From: Akkermansia muciniphila
Lineage (GTDB): Bacteria > Verrucomicrobiota > Verrucomicrobiia > Limisphaerales > F1-80-MAGS106
Reading direction: 5' to 3'
Length of the DNA: 64,000 nt
Assembly (NCBI GenBank): GCA_945865375.1
Contig: CAMBEJ010000001.1
Span: forward strand, 8,064 to 72,063
The translations under genes were made by a program, and so were the position numbers. The notes under the pieces are model-generated. The model searched no databases. It was not told where the DNA came from and saw nothing but the letters and a program-made list of their open reading frames with translations. Positions 10,640 through 19,052 of this stretch are shown here, piece after piece. The first letter of the stretch is position 1; each line of letters opens with the position of its first letter.

Positions 10640-11909
10640 GACGTAGCGCCTCCACAGGTTTAAGCCGGCTTGCGTTCCAGGCCGGGATCAAGCCCGCCAC
10701 GACGCAAATCACCAGCGAAGCCCCGCAAATGATCGCCAGATCTCCCGGCACAACCCGGGCTGGCAAATCACGGAAATTATAGATGGACTCAGGGAACAAC
10801 TGGAACCCGGTGATCCGGCGCATAAAGTGCAAAAATTCATTCCTGTAAGCCACCGCAAGCAATCCGAGAAAATACCCCGCGACCACGCCGGTCACGCCCA
10901 CAAAAAGGCCCTGGCTCAAAAACAGCCAAAGCACCTGCCCGTTCGTGGCTCCCAAAGCCTTGAGCACCCCGATCTCGCGCGTCTTTTGCACCACAAACGT
11001 GATCATGGCGCTGGTGATTCCGAACGCCGCCACGATCATGATGAAGAACAAAAGGTAAAACATAACCTGCTTCTCCACCACCAACGCCTCGAGAATGTCC
11101 CCGTTATCCTCCATCCAGGTCGAAATCACAAAGTCCGGGCCCAAAATCTTGCCTAACTCCCGGCGCATCACCAACGCGCGCTCTGGATCCTTCACGTTAA
11201 CTATGATCCCGTGCACGCTGTCGTCCAAGCCATACAATTTCTGCGCATTCGCAAGTGAGGTCACCACAAACAGCTCATTATATTCGTAATAGCCGACATC
11301 AAAGATGCCCCTGACTTCGTAGTCATCCGGGAGCACCGCAGACTCCTCGCCATCCTGACGGCTCTGCTCCATCCGCTCCATCGTGGCCACAGAAAAAATG
11401 GCGATGAGATCCCCCACTTGAAGTCCCATCTTCCGCGCAAAGGCCTTGCCAACGAGCACGCCGGAACCGCTCAGGTCAAAGGTGCCGCTCACCAGACTCG
11501 AGGGAATGCTCGAGATTTTAGCTTCCTGGATTGGATCGGGACTGCATCCCCGGACCACTGGAGCCATGACTTTCGGCCGCCCTTCGAGGGGTTGCGTTTT
11601 GACCATCACCTGTCCGAGCACAAATGGCGATGCGGCGACCACCTCAGCATGTTTCTGAATGGTCCTCACAACCTCCGGGTAATCGCGAATCAATCCGTCG
11701 CCGTGATACACCTTCAGGTGCGCATTGAACCCAATGATTTTGTCCCTCAACTGCTGGTCAAATCCTGTCATGACACTGATCACGATGATGAGCACAGCCA
11801 CCCCCAACATGACCCCGATCACACAGATGAGTGTGATAGCCGACACGAATGTTCGTTTGGGCCGCAGATAGCGAAGCGCCAAGAATAGTTCGATGGGGAG
11901 ACGGAACAT
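10632..11909 (-). CDS. LolC/LolE-family (FtsX/MacB-type) ABC permease
   Basis: N-terminal LALRYLRPKR, a periplasmic MacB-like core, and a C-terminal FtsX-like 3-TM block ending [10 protein letters not shown]. Confidence 0.85.
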   Translation of the reverse strand: MFRLPIELFLALRYLRPKRTFVSAITLICVIGVMLGVAVLIIVISVMTGFDQQLRDKIIGFNAHLKVYHGDGLIRDYPEVVRTIQKHAEVVAASPFVLGQVMVKTQPLEGRPKVMAPVVRGCSPDPIQEAKISSIPSSLVSGTFDLSGSGVLVGKAFARKMGLQVGDLIAIFSVATMERMEQSRQDGEESAVLPDDYEVRGIFDVGYYEYNELFVVTSLANAQKLYGLDDSVHGIIVNVKDPERALVMRRELGKILGPDFVISTWMEDNGDILEALVVEKQVMFYLLFFIMIVAAFGITSAMITFVVQKTREIGVLKALGATNGQVLWLFLSQGLFVGVTGVVAGYFLGLLAVAYRNEFLHFMRRITGFQLFPESIYNFRDLPARVVPGDLAIICGASLVICVVAGLIPAWNASRLKPVEALRHE

Positions 11910-12039
11910 TGCGAAAGTATCCCAAAAAGGGGGCTGGGGTCAGAAAAATGTGGGATCAGGCGTCGGCACTAGGGGAAACATTAGAGGCCCCCATCCCCGG
12001 TGTCAATGAAGGCCCACTTTTTTGCAGCAGTTCCCATTT

Positions 12040-12250
12040 TCTGAACTCAGTAAAACGACCCTGTTCAGCCTGATGCTAAAGCCACCCCAGTTCCCCGCTC
12101 CTAATCGTAATCGTAATCGTAATCGTAATCCACCCCTCTGTTTCAAGGGCAACACCCGAGGATTACGATTACGATTACGATTACGATTAGGAAAAATGGA
12201 GCCGTTGAGGGGTTGCGCGTCCAGTTAATGGAAACACAGGGCCCCTAGGC
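12040..12250. repeat. ORF-less hexamer-stem palindromic element, copy A
   Basis: Perfect 32-bp stem cc(taatcg)4taatcc at 12100-12131 against gg(attacg)4attagg at 12160-12191, with a 28-nt loop. The left outer arm ends in ctcagtaaaac (12046-12056). Alignable by eye with the reverse complement of 18190-18381 and with 51954-52049. The right boundary is approximate. Confidence 0.8.
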
Positions 12251-12262
12251 CAATTCTATCCA

Positions 12263-12775
12263 GTGATCATCAATCGCGGACCGAATAACGCGTTTTATGC
12301 CCTGAACTCCCGTTGCTCCCACCAAAGCTGCATCGTCGAAGCACTGGATTCCAGCACGAACCTGATCAACTGCTTTTGCCACGGATCCATCTTCGCCATC
12401 GATGGACGGCGTATCGCCGGGCCGGCGTCCTCAGCATTGTCGAAGTACGCGCTCACGTTCGACGGTTCGAACCTTCTCGAGATTAAAATCCCGGGGCTTG
12501 GATACACCATCACAGCTTCTTCCGTGCAATCCGCTGATCAGGCAATCCCACGCATACGTCTCGATTTTCGGAGCCTCCGCAATGTGGATTACGAGGTTCT
12601 GTTCAGGGAATCACTGGACAAGGAAGCCACCGTCATTCCCTTTTCGCTCACTCCGGCGGACACCGCAGATCAAACCGTTTTTAGCGCCCCCACATCGGCG
12701 TCCGTCAGCCTGTTTGTGGACCGCACGTCTCCAAGCGGCTTCTACTCGATCGCCGTCCGCCTGACCGAGGCGTGA
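12263..12775 (+). CDS. Rieske [2Fe-2S] domain protein, N-terminally short (possibly truncated)
   Basis: CSHQSC...(17)...CFCHGS matches the CxH...CxxH Rieske ligand pattern, followed by DGRRIAGPA. Only 17 residues precede the first Cys. GTG start. The C-terminal 80 aa are of unknown fold. Confidence 0.6.
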   Translation: MIINRGPNNAFYALNSRCSHQSCIVEALDSSTNLINCFCHGSIFAIDGRRIAGPASSALSKYALTFDGSNLLEIKIPGLGYTITASSVQSADQAIPRIRLDFRSLRNVDYEVLFRESLDKEATVIPFSLTPADTADQTVFSAPTSASVSLFVDRTSPSGFYSIAVRLTEA

Positions 12776-13963
12776 TTATTTCTGCATTTCGGTGGTATGG
12801 TGGTATTCCTTGAAGGTGAAAAGGAGGGCGGCGAGCGTCGCAAACATGGCCGCGCCCAACACCAGGGCACCCACCGGCCCTCCCACCCCGATCGCGGGCC
12901 ACTCGTAAATGCCTTGGAGTGCCTCGTTGTGACCCAGAAGCGTCTTGAGATGAAACATCAACGAAAGGGTGTTGATGTTGGTCGGGATACGTCCGATGCC
13001 CATTTCCACGATGACTCCATAGACCAACGCCAGCGCCATGTAGTTCTTGGCTACCTGCCCCAGAAACAAACCCAGCCCGGCCCAAGCCCACACAGCCAGA
13101 AATTGAGCCCCCAGAAAAACAGGGACCAGCTCGCCGAGTGCCGGAATCTGCCGGAGACCAGCGGCGGCAAACAGAAACAGTGTTTGAATCAACAGCACGA
13201 TCTGCAGCCAAGCGGTTTGAGACAGGTACTTGATCACCATCAATCGTGCGCGGCTCAAAGGGCGTGTCGTCAGGAAGCTCAAAGTGTTCGCCGCCAGCTC
13301 ATCCCGAATCAACGCGCCGCACGTCCCCACGCAATTCAGTGGCAGGATGATGAAAAAATAGAGGTCGATCAGCAAGTGATAGAATGGCGTCGTCCGGTCC
13401 CATCCCCGCTGGCGTGTGACAGTCGGTGAACGCTCGACCCGGTTCTTTCTCTGGTAGCTCTGCAACTGCGCAAGCTGGCGTTCGTCCAACACGGCCTGAG
13501 CACGTTGGAGAATCCGTTCGTTGCAGGCTTCGACCTGACGGCGCTGCCGTTCGGTGGTGCTCTCTCGGCCTTGGGTCCCAGCCGACTCCGTCTCGATCCG
13601 CCGGAATTCCTCTGTGACGATGCGTAAGAGCTGAGGATGTTGGTCCTGCTGAAGCGGGAGCGTGGCAAGGTCGAGGCGTCCCGCGAAGGTGCCCAGATAA
13701 CGAGCCGGATTGCCCATCTGCACACGGTGGCTTCGCTCCCAGGACGATAAGGAGGGAACCGTCAGAAACATGAGCACCGGCAGGGAGAGCATTCCGAGCA
13801 GGCTCAGAGACAATCGTCGCCAGTTTGCCTGGCTCCTCCACGTAAACAGCCACACTCCACTCAACGCCCTGAAGAACGTGGGATCGAGCCGGATGGTTCT
13901 CTGACGGAGAGTTGAAGTGTCTTGAGATGGCACCGGCTCACTCATGGGGGTCTCCTGCGACAT
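12776..13963 (-). CDS. ABC-2-type transporter permease with a long charged, coiled-coil-like soluble insert
   Basis: Multi-TM C-terminal half. The insert reads EEFRRIETESAG...RQRRQVEACNERILQRAQAVLDERQLAQLQSYQRKNR. Its start overlaps the upstream ATPase stop (TAATG). Confidence 0.65.
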   Translation of the reverse strand: MSQETPMSEPVPSQDTSTLRQRTIRLDPTFFRALSGVWLFTWRSQANWRRLSLSLLGMLSLPVLMFLTVPSLSSWERSHRVQMGNPARYLGTFAGRLDLATLPLQQDQHPQLLRIVTEEFRRIETESAGTQGRESTTERQRRQVEACNERILQRAQAVLDERQLAQLQSYQRKNRVERSPTVTRQRGWDRTTPFYHLLIDLYFFIILPLNCVGTCGALIRDELAANTLSFLTTRPLSRARLMVIKYLSQTAWLQIVLLIQTLFLFAAAGLRQIPALGELVPVFLGAQFLAVWAWAGLGLFLGQVAKNYMALALVYGVIVEMGIGRIPTNINTLSLMFHLKTLLGHNEALQGIYEWPAIGVGGPVGALVLGAAMFATLAALLFTFKEYHHTTEMQK

Positions 13964-14889
13964 TACGTGGTCACCTTGTCGAAAATGTTTCTCAACGATC
14001 GGCTCTGACTCTGGATCGATTGGACCGTCACTTGACTCTCCAGAAGCAATTCGGTCCAGCGGGCGTAAAACGCCTCAGCATCCTTGACCCGGATTTCCAG
14101 CCGGTTGTCCACCGGGTCGATGTCGAAGCCTAAGAGCACGCCCGCTTCGAAGAGATGCCGAGCGAGCGTCTCGGGGGCGTCGCACTGAATCGACAATTCT
14201 TCGGACCAATTCTTGAGGTCGCCACGGATCTCTTTCTGGCTGCCGGAGGCCAGGACGCGGCCCCAGTTGAGCACGAGGATGTTTTTGCACAGCGACTCCA
14301 ACTCGGCCAGGATATGGCTTGACATGATGATGCTCACACCCCCCGCCACAAGCTCCTTCAACATCGTCGCCACTTCCTGGCGACCCATCGGGTCGAGGCC
14401 ATTCATCGGCTCATCAAGCACAAGCAAGTCCGGTTCGTGCAACAAGCCCTGCGCCAGTTTGACGCGCTGTTTCATCCCCTTGGAGTACTGTCCCATGCGC
14501 TTGAACCAATGTTCCCGGGGCAATCCGACCTTGTCCAGGATGCTCTCACACCGCCGCGCCGCCGCGTCGCCGGTGATCCCGGACATCCTCGCAAGGCCTG
14601 TCAGCCAATCCAGTGGACGCAATTCTTTGGGAACCGCTTCGCCCTCCGGGCAATAACCGATGCGCTCGATGAGCCACGGATTATTCCAAGGCACTTCGTC
14701 GAAAACCGTCAGCTCGCCCGAGCTCGGCTGGAGTTGGCCGGTGATGATCTGAATCAGAGTGCTTTTCCCGGCGCCGTTGGGGCCAACCACACCTGTCAGG
14801 CCCGGTGCAATTTCGAAGCTGACATTGTTCAACCCCATGACAATGCCATACCAGCGGCTTAACTCACGAGCTTGGACAATCGCGCTCAT
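13963..14889 (-). CDS. ABC transporter ATP-binding protein (ABC-2 subfamily)
   Basis: Walker A GPNGAGKST, signature YSKGMKQRVKLAQ, Walker B LLVLDEPMNGLD. ATGA overlap with the upstream permease. Confidence 0.9.
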   Translation of the reverse strand: MSAIVQARELSRWYGIVMGLNNVSFEIAPGLTGVVGPNGAGKSTLIQIITGQLQPSSGELTVFDEVPWNNPWLIERIGYCPEGEAVPKELRPLDWLTGLARMSGITGDAAARRCESILDKVGLPREHWFKRMGQYSKGMKQRVKLAQGLLHEPDLLVLDEPMNGLDPMGRQEVATMLKELVAGGVSIIMSSHILAELESLCKNILVLNWGRVLASGSQKEIRGDLKNWSEELSIQCDAPETLARHLFEAGVLLGFDIDPVDNRLEIRVKDAEAFYARWTELLLESQVTVQSIQSQSRSLRNIFDKVTT

Positions 14890-15881
14890 TCAGGTTTGAC
14901 CCTCGTGACAACAATGCATGCGGCCACAACAAGCATCACAGCCAGCGCCACCAAGGCGCCTCCGATCGCCGGCGTGCTCAAACCCTCCATGGTTTTTGAA
15001 CTGATCTGGCGCAGCATGTCGCCGAGGATGGGAATGTTGTCCTGGGCGATCTTGATGTCGTCCCCCACGCGGAATACCGCCAAAGCGATCTGGTCCAGGT
15101 TGAAACTAAAACTCAAGTGTCGAAGCCATGGTTTGGTTTGAGTGGCGATAGGGGTCAAGACTCCTCCCAGAATCCACCAAATAAACCAGAACGCGATGGT
15201 GGATTTTTCTTTGGAGGAGATGGCCGATATCCCCAATGCGAGCACGGCCAGGATGCCCATGCTGCTCAAACCGTAAACCAGAACATGGCCCAGAGCCGCT
15301 CTGGAGTGCCAGAAAAACCGCCAATCCGGAGCGAGCAGGTTGCCCACAAACCAGGCCGCGCACACCGGCCCTAACCAAGTCAGAATAATCAGACCGCAAG
15401 CGGTGGAAAACTTTCCGAACAGGTAATCCCCCCGACTCACGGCCTTGGAGGAATAGATGATGATGGCATTGCTGGCCAGATCGCGAGTCACCAGCAAGGG
15501 CATCGCCATGCCGAGCGCAAAAATACTCACCGGCAGCATGTAGATCGAACAATAATAGAAGTGGACGTTCTGGGTCGTGCGCACTGAGATTTCCGGGTGT
15601 TGCTCCAGCCAGGAGGTCAGCATCCGGGCGAAGGTCTGCAGCTCAGGATTGAGGTTCTCCACCCACTGCACTATGAGACTGTCCGCCACAAGGAGTTGCC
15701 CCACCATGAAGAGAACCGCTGACATGATGATCGCAACGGTCCAGCACACCACCGTCAGATGCCTTATCAGCTTATTTTCAAGGCACGCCGTCAGGCCGTT
15801 CATGGCGATGGCGAGCCGACGCCGCCAGAGTCCGAGGTGGACGCCGGTCCAGTGCTTGTAAGTGGCGTCATGCAGTGGCAT
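14886..15881 (-). CDS. ABC-2-type transporter permease
   Basis: N-terminal YKHWTG...WRRRLAI motif followed by six or more predicted TM segments. Overlaps both neighbouring ATPase genes. Confidence 0.65.
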   Translation of the reverse strand: MPLHDATYKHWTGVHLGLWRRRLAIAMNGLTACLENKLIRHLTVVCWTVAIIMSAVLFMVGQLLVADSLIVQWVENLNPELQTFARMLTSWLEQHPEISVRTTQNVHFYYCSIYMLPVSIFALGMAMPLLVTRDLASNAIIIYSSKAVSRGDYLFGKFSTACGLIILTWLGPVCAAWFVGNLLAPDWRFFWHSRAALGHVLVYGLSSMGILAVLALGISAISSKEKSTIAFWFIWWILGGVLTPIATQTKPWLRHLSFSFNLDQIALAVFRVGDDIKIAQDNIPILGDMLRQISSKTMEGLSTPAIGGALVALAVMLVVAACIVVTRVKPE

Positions 15882-16806
15882 GGGAAATCTCCAGGGCTTG
15901 CACGAAAGTTTCTTCCAACGCGTTCGGGCTCGGAATAATCTCGAGTGGTGCCAACTTCAAGTCGTGTAAAAGACTTATCAAGGGATTGAGCGAGGTGGCT
16001 TTGTGTTCGACCTTCAAGTGGCCGTTCGGGAGCAGTTCGCAGGCCCATTGCCGTCGTTCGCAAGCCAGACGCAATTCCTCGTGCCGATCGGCGACAACCA
16101 CCTCCGCTGCTCCCCGCTTGCGAGCTTTCAGATTCTCAAGGCTGTCATGCACGAGAACCCTCCCGCGCGCGATGATGATGATCTGCTCGCAGATCCGGTC
16201 CACGTCATGCAGCAAATGCGAGGACACCACTACAGTGATCCCAAAAGTCCGCCACAGGCTCTGCACCAACTCGAGAATCTGAGCCTGCCCTTTCGGGTCC
16301 AGGCCGTTGGTCGGTTCATCGAGGAATACGATCTCCGGGTCATGCACGATGGCCTGCGCCAATTTGAGGCGCTGCTTCATGCCCGTCGAGTAGGTGTCGA
16401 TCTTCCGGTAGCGCTCCTGGCCCATCCCCACGAAATCCAGCATCTCATGCGCCCGCTGCCTCGCCACCTGAAATGGGAGACCGCACAACTGCGCGCAATA
16501 GGTCACGTATTCGCATCCCACCATGCCTGGGATATGGCAATCCTGCTCAGGCGTGTATCCCACCCGCTTGCGGATCTCCCTTCCCTCTCGGCCCACCTCA
16601 CGACCCAGCAGTTTGGCCGAACCGGAAGAGATCGGCTGGAGCTGAAGCAAGCACTTCATAAACGTGCTCTTGCCAGCTCCGTTGGGACCCAGCAGCCCAA
16701 TCGCCCCGGGAGGCACCTGCAAGTTCACGCCATCCAATGCCCGTTGTTTACCAAAAATTTTGCAAAGAGACTTTGTCTCGATGATCAACGAAGGCGGCAT
16801 TTCCAT
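15868..16806 (-). CDS. ABC transporter ATP-binding protein (ABC-2 subfamily)
   Basis: Walker A GPNGAGKST, signature YSTGMKQRLKLAQ, Walker B IVFLDEPTNGLD. Start set at MEMPPSLIIETKSL; the ORF-track start at 16854 is also possible. Confidence 0.9.
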   Translation of the reverse strand: MEMPPSLIIETKSLCKIFGKQRALDGVNLQVPPGAIGLLGPNGAGKSTFMKCLLQLQPISSGSAKLLGREVGREGREIRKRVGYTPEQDCHIPGMVGCEYVTYCAQLCGLPFQVARQRAHEMLDFVGMGQERYRKIDTYSTGMKQRLKLAQAIVHDPEIVFLDEPTNGLDPKGQAQILELVQSLWRTFGITVVVSSHLLHDVDRICEQIIIIARGRVLVHDSLENLKARKRGAAEVVVADRHEELRLACERRQWACELLPNGHLKVEHKATSLNPLISLLHDLKLAPLEIIPSPNALEETFVQALEISHATA

Positions 16807-17062
16807 CAGCAGTTTTGGCGCAAACTCGGGCTTCGGCAAACAAATTCGAACCAAAGAGACTTGAAACCAAGGAGAAAAGAGCTCGCTGGCCCCCCCCCAT
16901 TCATAGGAAGCTTCCCCTCCCAGACACGTTGGCGATCGATTGCTGCTTCGAAGAGACCAGCAAAGGTCGGATGATCGTTTCCGCTGCCAGAATCAATTTG
17001 TTCCAGCAAAAAACAGCCGGTCAATCCCAACCAGCGGGTAGGAAGAGCCGTGTACGTGACGC

Positions 17063-17677
17063 ATGTTTAACCAAGAACAAGACGCTATGAAAACCGACAC
17101 AGTAAACCCGGAGGCCATAGACGCTTCATCGCCCGGAAACCTCCCCGAAATGACGTCAGAGATGGACCGTCGCAATGTGCCATCGATGGATACCACAGCC
17201 AAGCCCCCTCCAAAATCGCCCTTCAGGCTCCAGAGGATACTTGTGCCGATCGACTTTTCAGACTGCGCCAAGAAAGCGTTGCAGTACCCCATTCCATTGG
17301 CCAAACAATACGAGGCATCGCTGACGCTGATTTACGTCGTGCCGACACAGTATGCTGTAGGTGAATTTGGCGGCCTGGACTACGCTTCGCTTGAAATTGA
17401 AGTGCGTACGAATGGAGAAAAAGAGCTTGCTAAACTGGCGCTGGAAGAAGTTCGTGACGAGGTTCCGACCGACACGCTCGTGCGTGCGGGCCCGCCCGCC
17501 TTTGAAATCATCGAAGCAGCCCGGGAGTTGCCGGCCGATGTCATCATCATCTCCACGCACGGGTACACGGGGTTGAAGCATGTGATGCTCGCGAGCGTGG
17601 TGGAACACGTCGTGCGGCGAGCACCCTGCCCGGTGCTCGTCGTCCGCGAACATGAGCATGAATTCCTGGCTACCTGA
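17063..17677 (+). CDS. Universal stress protein (UspA family)
   Basis: ILVPIDFSDCAKKAL ... VIIISTHGYTGLKHVMLASVVEHVVRRAPCPVLVV. The low-complexity N-terminus leaves the true start uncertain. Confidence 0.85.
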   Translation: MFNQEQDAMKTDTVNPEAIDASSPGNLPEMTSEMDRRNVPSMDTTAKPPPKSPFRLQRILVPIDFSDCAKKALQYPIPLAKQYEASLTLIYVVPTQYAVGEFGGLDYASLEIEVRTNGEKELAKLALEEVRDEVPTDTLVRAGPPAFEIIEAARELPADVIIISTHGYTGLKHVMLASVVEHVVRRAPCPVLVVREHEHEFLAT

Positions 17678-17801
17678 ATAATTGAGGAAATCGATTGAGC
17701 GGCGGGGGAGGGCTTGATTAAAGGAGAGAGTGAGCCGAGGGAGCTTGACAATTCCATCGGACCGGCCGGTCGGGCATTAGCACTGTATCTTATGGAATAA
17801 G

Positions 17802-18029
17802 TTACTTGGTTTGCCTGGATCGTTTTGGCGGTGGGTCGGAAATGCTGACGATGTGCAACGCGTCCACGGTGTGTGTGGAATCACGCGCGTCCACAATGGA
17901 AACGACGCCTTTTCCAACCGCGATGAAGTCGCGGTGGGGCACGGCGAACTTGCGGCCGTCCGAGAGATGAATCACGAAAGGTTCGAACTTGCCCTCCAAC
18001 CGGTCGCGAAGCGGATTCAAGTTTAACAT
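17802..18029 (-). CDS. Small hypothetical protein (75 aa)
   Basis: ORF taken from the internal ATG (MLNLNPLRDRLEGKFEPFVIHLSDGRKFAVPHRDF...). No recognisable domain. Confidence 0.45.
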   Translation of the reverse strand: MLNLNPLRDRLEGKFEPFVIHLSDGRKFAVPHRDFIAVGKGVVSIVDARDSTHTVDALHIVSISDPPPKRSRQTK

Positions 18030-18189
18030 GGTTGTATCATGACTCGGCTTTCGGATCATTTCAAGCGACAACCGGTCCGACGAACGGCTCAGTGATTCCG
18101 AAACAAGCCGGATTGAATCCGGTAGCCCCGGCACGGTGCAACACAAGAGCCAGACATTCCATGACCCATGAGGGCAGGCGTTCTGAGAG

Positions 18190-18381
18190 TCAGACCTCAG
18201 TAAAACCCCTTGAAATCGTGATCTGGAAGCGCAACCCCAATTCCTCCATTTTTCCTAATCGTAATCGTAATCGTAATCCTCGAGTGTTGCCCTTGACACA
18301 GAGGGGTGGATTGCGATTAGGAGCGGGGAATTGGAGTTGCTCGAGCCTCAGGCTAAGCAGAGTCGTTTTACTGAGTTCTGA
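18190..18381. repeat. ORF-less hexamer-stem palindromic element, copy B (full-length termini)
   Basis: Termini tcagacctcagtaaaac (18190-18207) and gttttactgagttctga (18365-18381) are inverted. The hexamer arms are unequal: cctaatcgtaatcgtaatcgtaatcc at 18254-18279 against ggattgcgattagg at 18308-18321. The loop is nearly identical to that of copy A in the opposite orientation. Confidence 0.8.
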
Positions 18382-18476
18382 AAGTTGTGAGCTGCGCTGG
18401 GAGGGCGGCTCCGGTTGGGGCATCGAAACTGACCCCTGTCCGAGAAGGAGTTGACCGCGTCAGGGTTCTCGTTGGA

Positions 18477-18938
18477 CTAATGGGCGAAGAAATCGATACG
18501 GACCTCTGCCGTTAGAGTTCGCAGGAACCCCTGGACCGGAGAGCCACGAGCGACGTGCTGGTCCTCTTTCTCAGACAGCGCCACCAGAGCTGCGCCGCAG
18601 GGAACGTGCTGGATGGCCCAGGACTCGAGCCAATGTTTTACTTCCACGGGAAGGTCTCGATCGGCATCGGCTGCCACGACGACTAGGTTGGCGGCGGCGA
18701 CTCCATGGCGCGCGGACACGCGAGTTCCCAACAGGGCCATGATGTCAAACCTCAAGAGCTCGCGATGGAGCTCGACGCCCGGCCCAATCCGTCCTGCCAA
18801 TCCGTCCACCAGCAGCATTGCTCGGCGGGCGTTGGCCACGTTGTCGTAGGCGACGAGCACATTGAACTGCGCCTCTGCGGTTTCATAAAGGACCTCCTCT
18901 CCAATTTCCATCGTCACGAGGTCTGTTTTACCATGCAT
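18477..18938 (-). CDS. Hypothetical protein (153 aa)
   Basis: ORF from MHGKTDL. An alpha/beta-like pattern (FNVLVAYDN..., NLVVVAADADRDLPVEVKHWLESW) but no domain I can name. Lies downstream of the two-component cluster. Confidence 0.5.
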   Translation of the reverse strand: MHGKTDLVTMEIGEEVLYETAEAQFNVLVAYDNVANARRAMLLVDGLAGRIGPGVELHRELLRFDIMALLGTRVSARHGVAAANLVVVAADADRDLPVEVKHWLESWAIQHVPCGAALVALSEKEDQHVARGSPVQGFLRTLTAEVRIDFFAH

Positions 18939-19052
18939 GGCAACACCATAAGCCCCCTGGGGGCGTAAAGGAAATCGGTGCCCCACCTAGACTAGCATAG
19001 GGAATAGTCCTATGCCCCATGGAGTGCGGGCTTGAGAGGGCCGTCGCCATGC

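Noticed and set aside
12100-12191. Possible CRISPR array suggested by the short regular repeats.
   Set aside because: The period is 6 nt with no spacers. The two blocks are inverted, not direct, and no cas genes are present in the window.
12022-12228. ORF-track proteins with NRNRNRNR / RLRLRLRL stretches (also 18190-18423, 18032-18454 and 51897-52172).
   Set aside because: They are simply translations of the (TAATCG)n/(CGATTA)n hairpin arms on both strands. The composition is not protein-like, and the same DNA is explained as a repeat.
17760-17771. Perfect 12-bp palindrome GACCGGCCGGTC between convergent usp and a small ORF, as a bidirectional terminator.
   Set aside because: There is no loop and no flanking U-tract. 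It looks more like a restriction-site-type palindrome or chance in GC-rich DNA.
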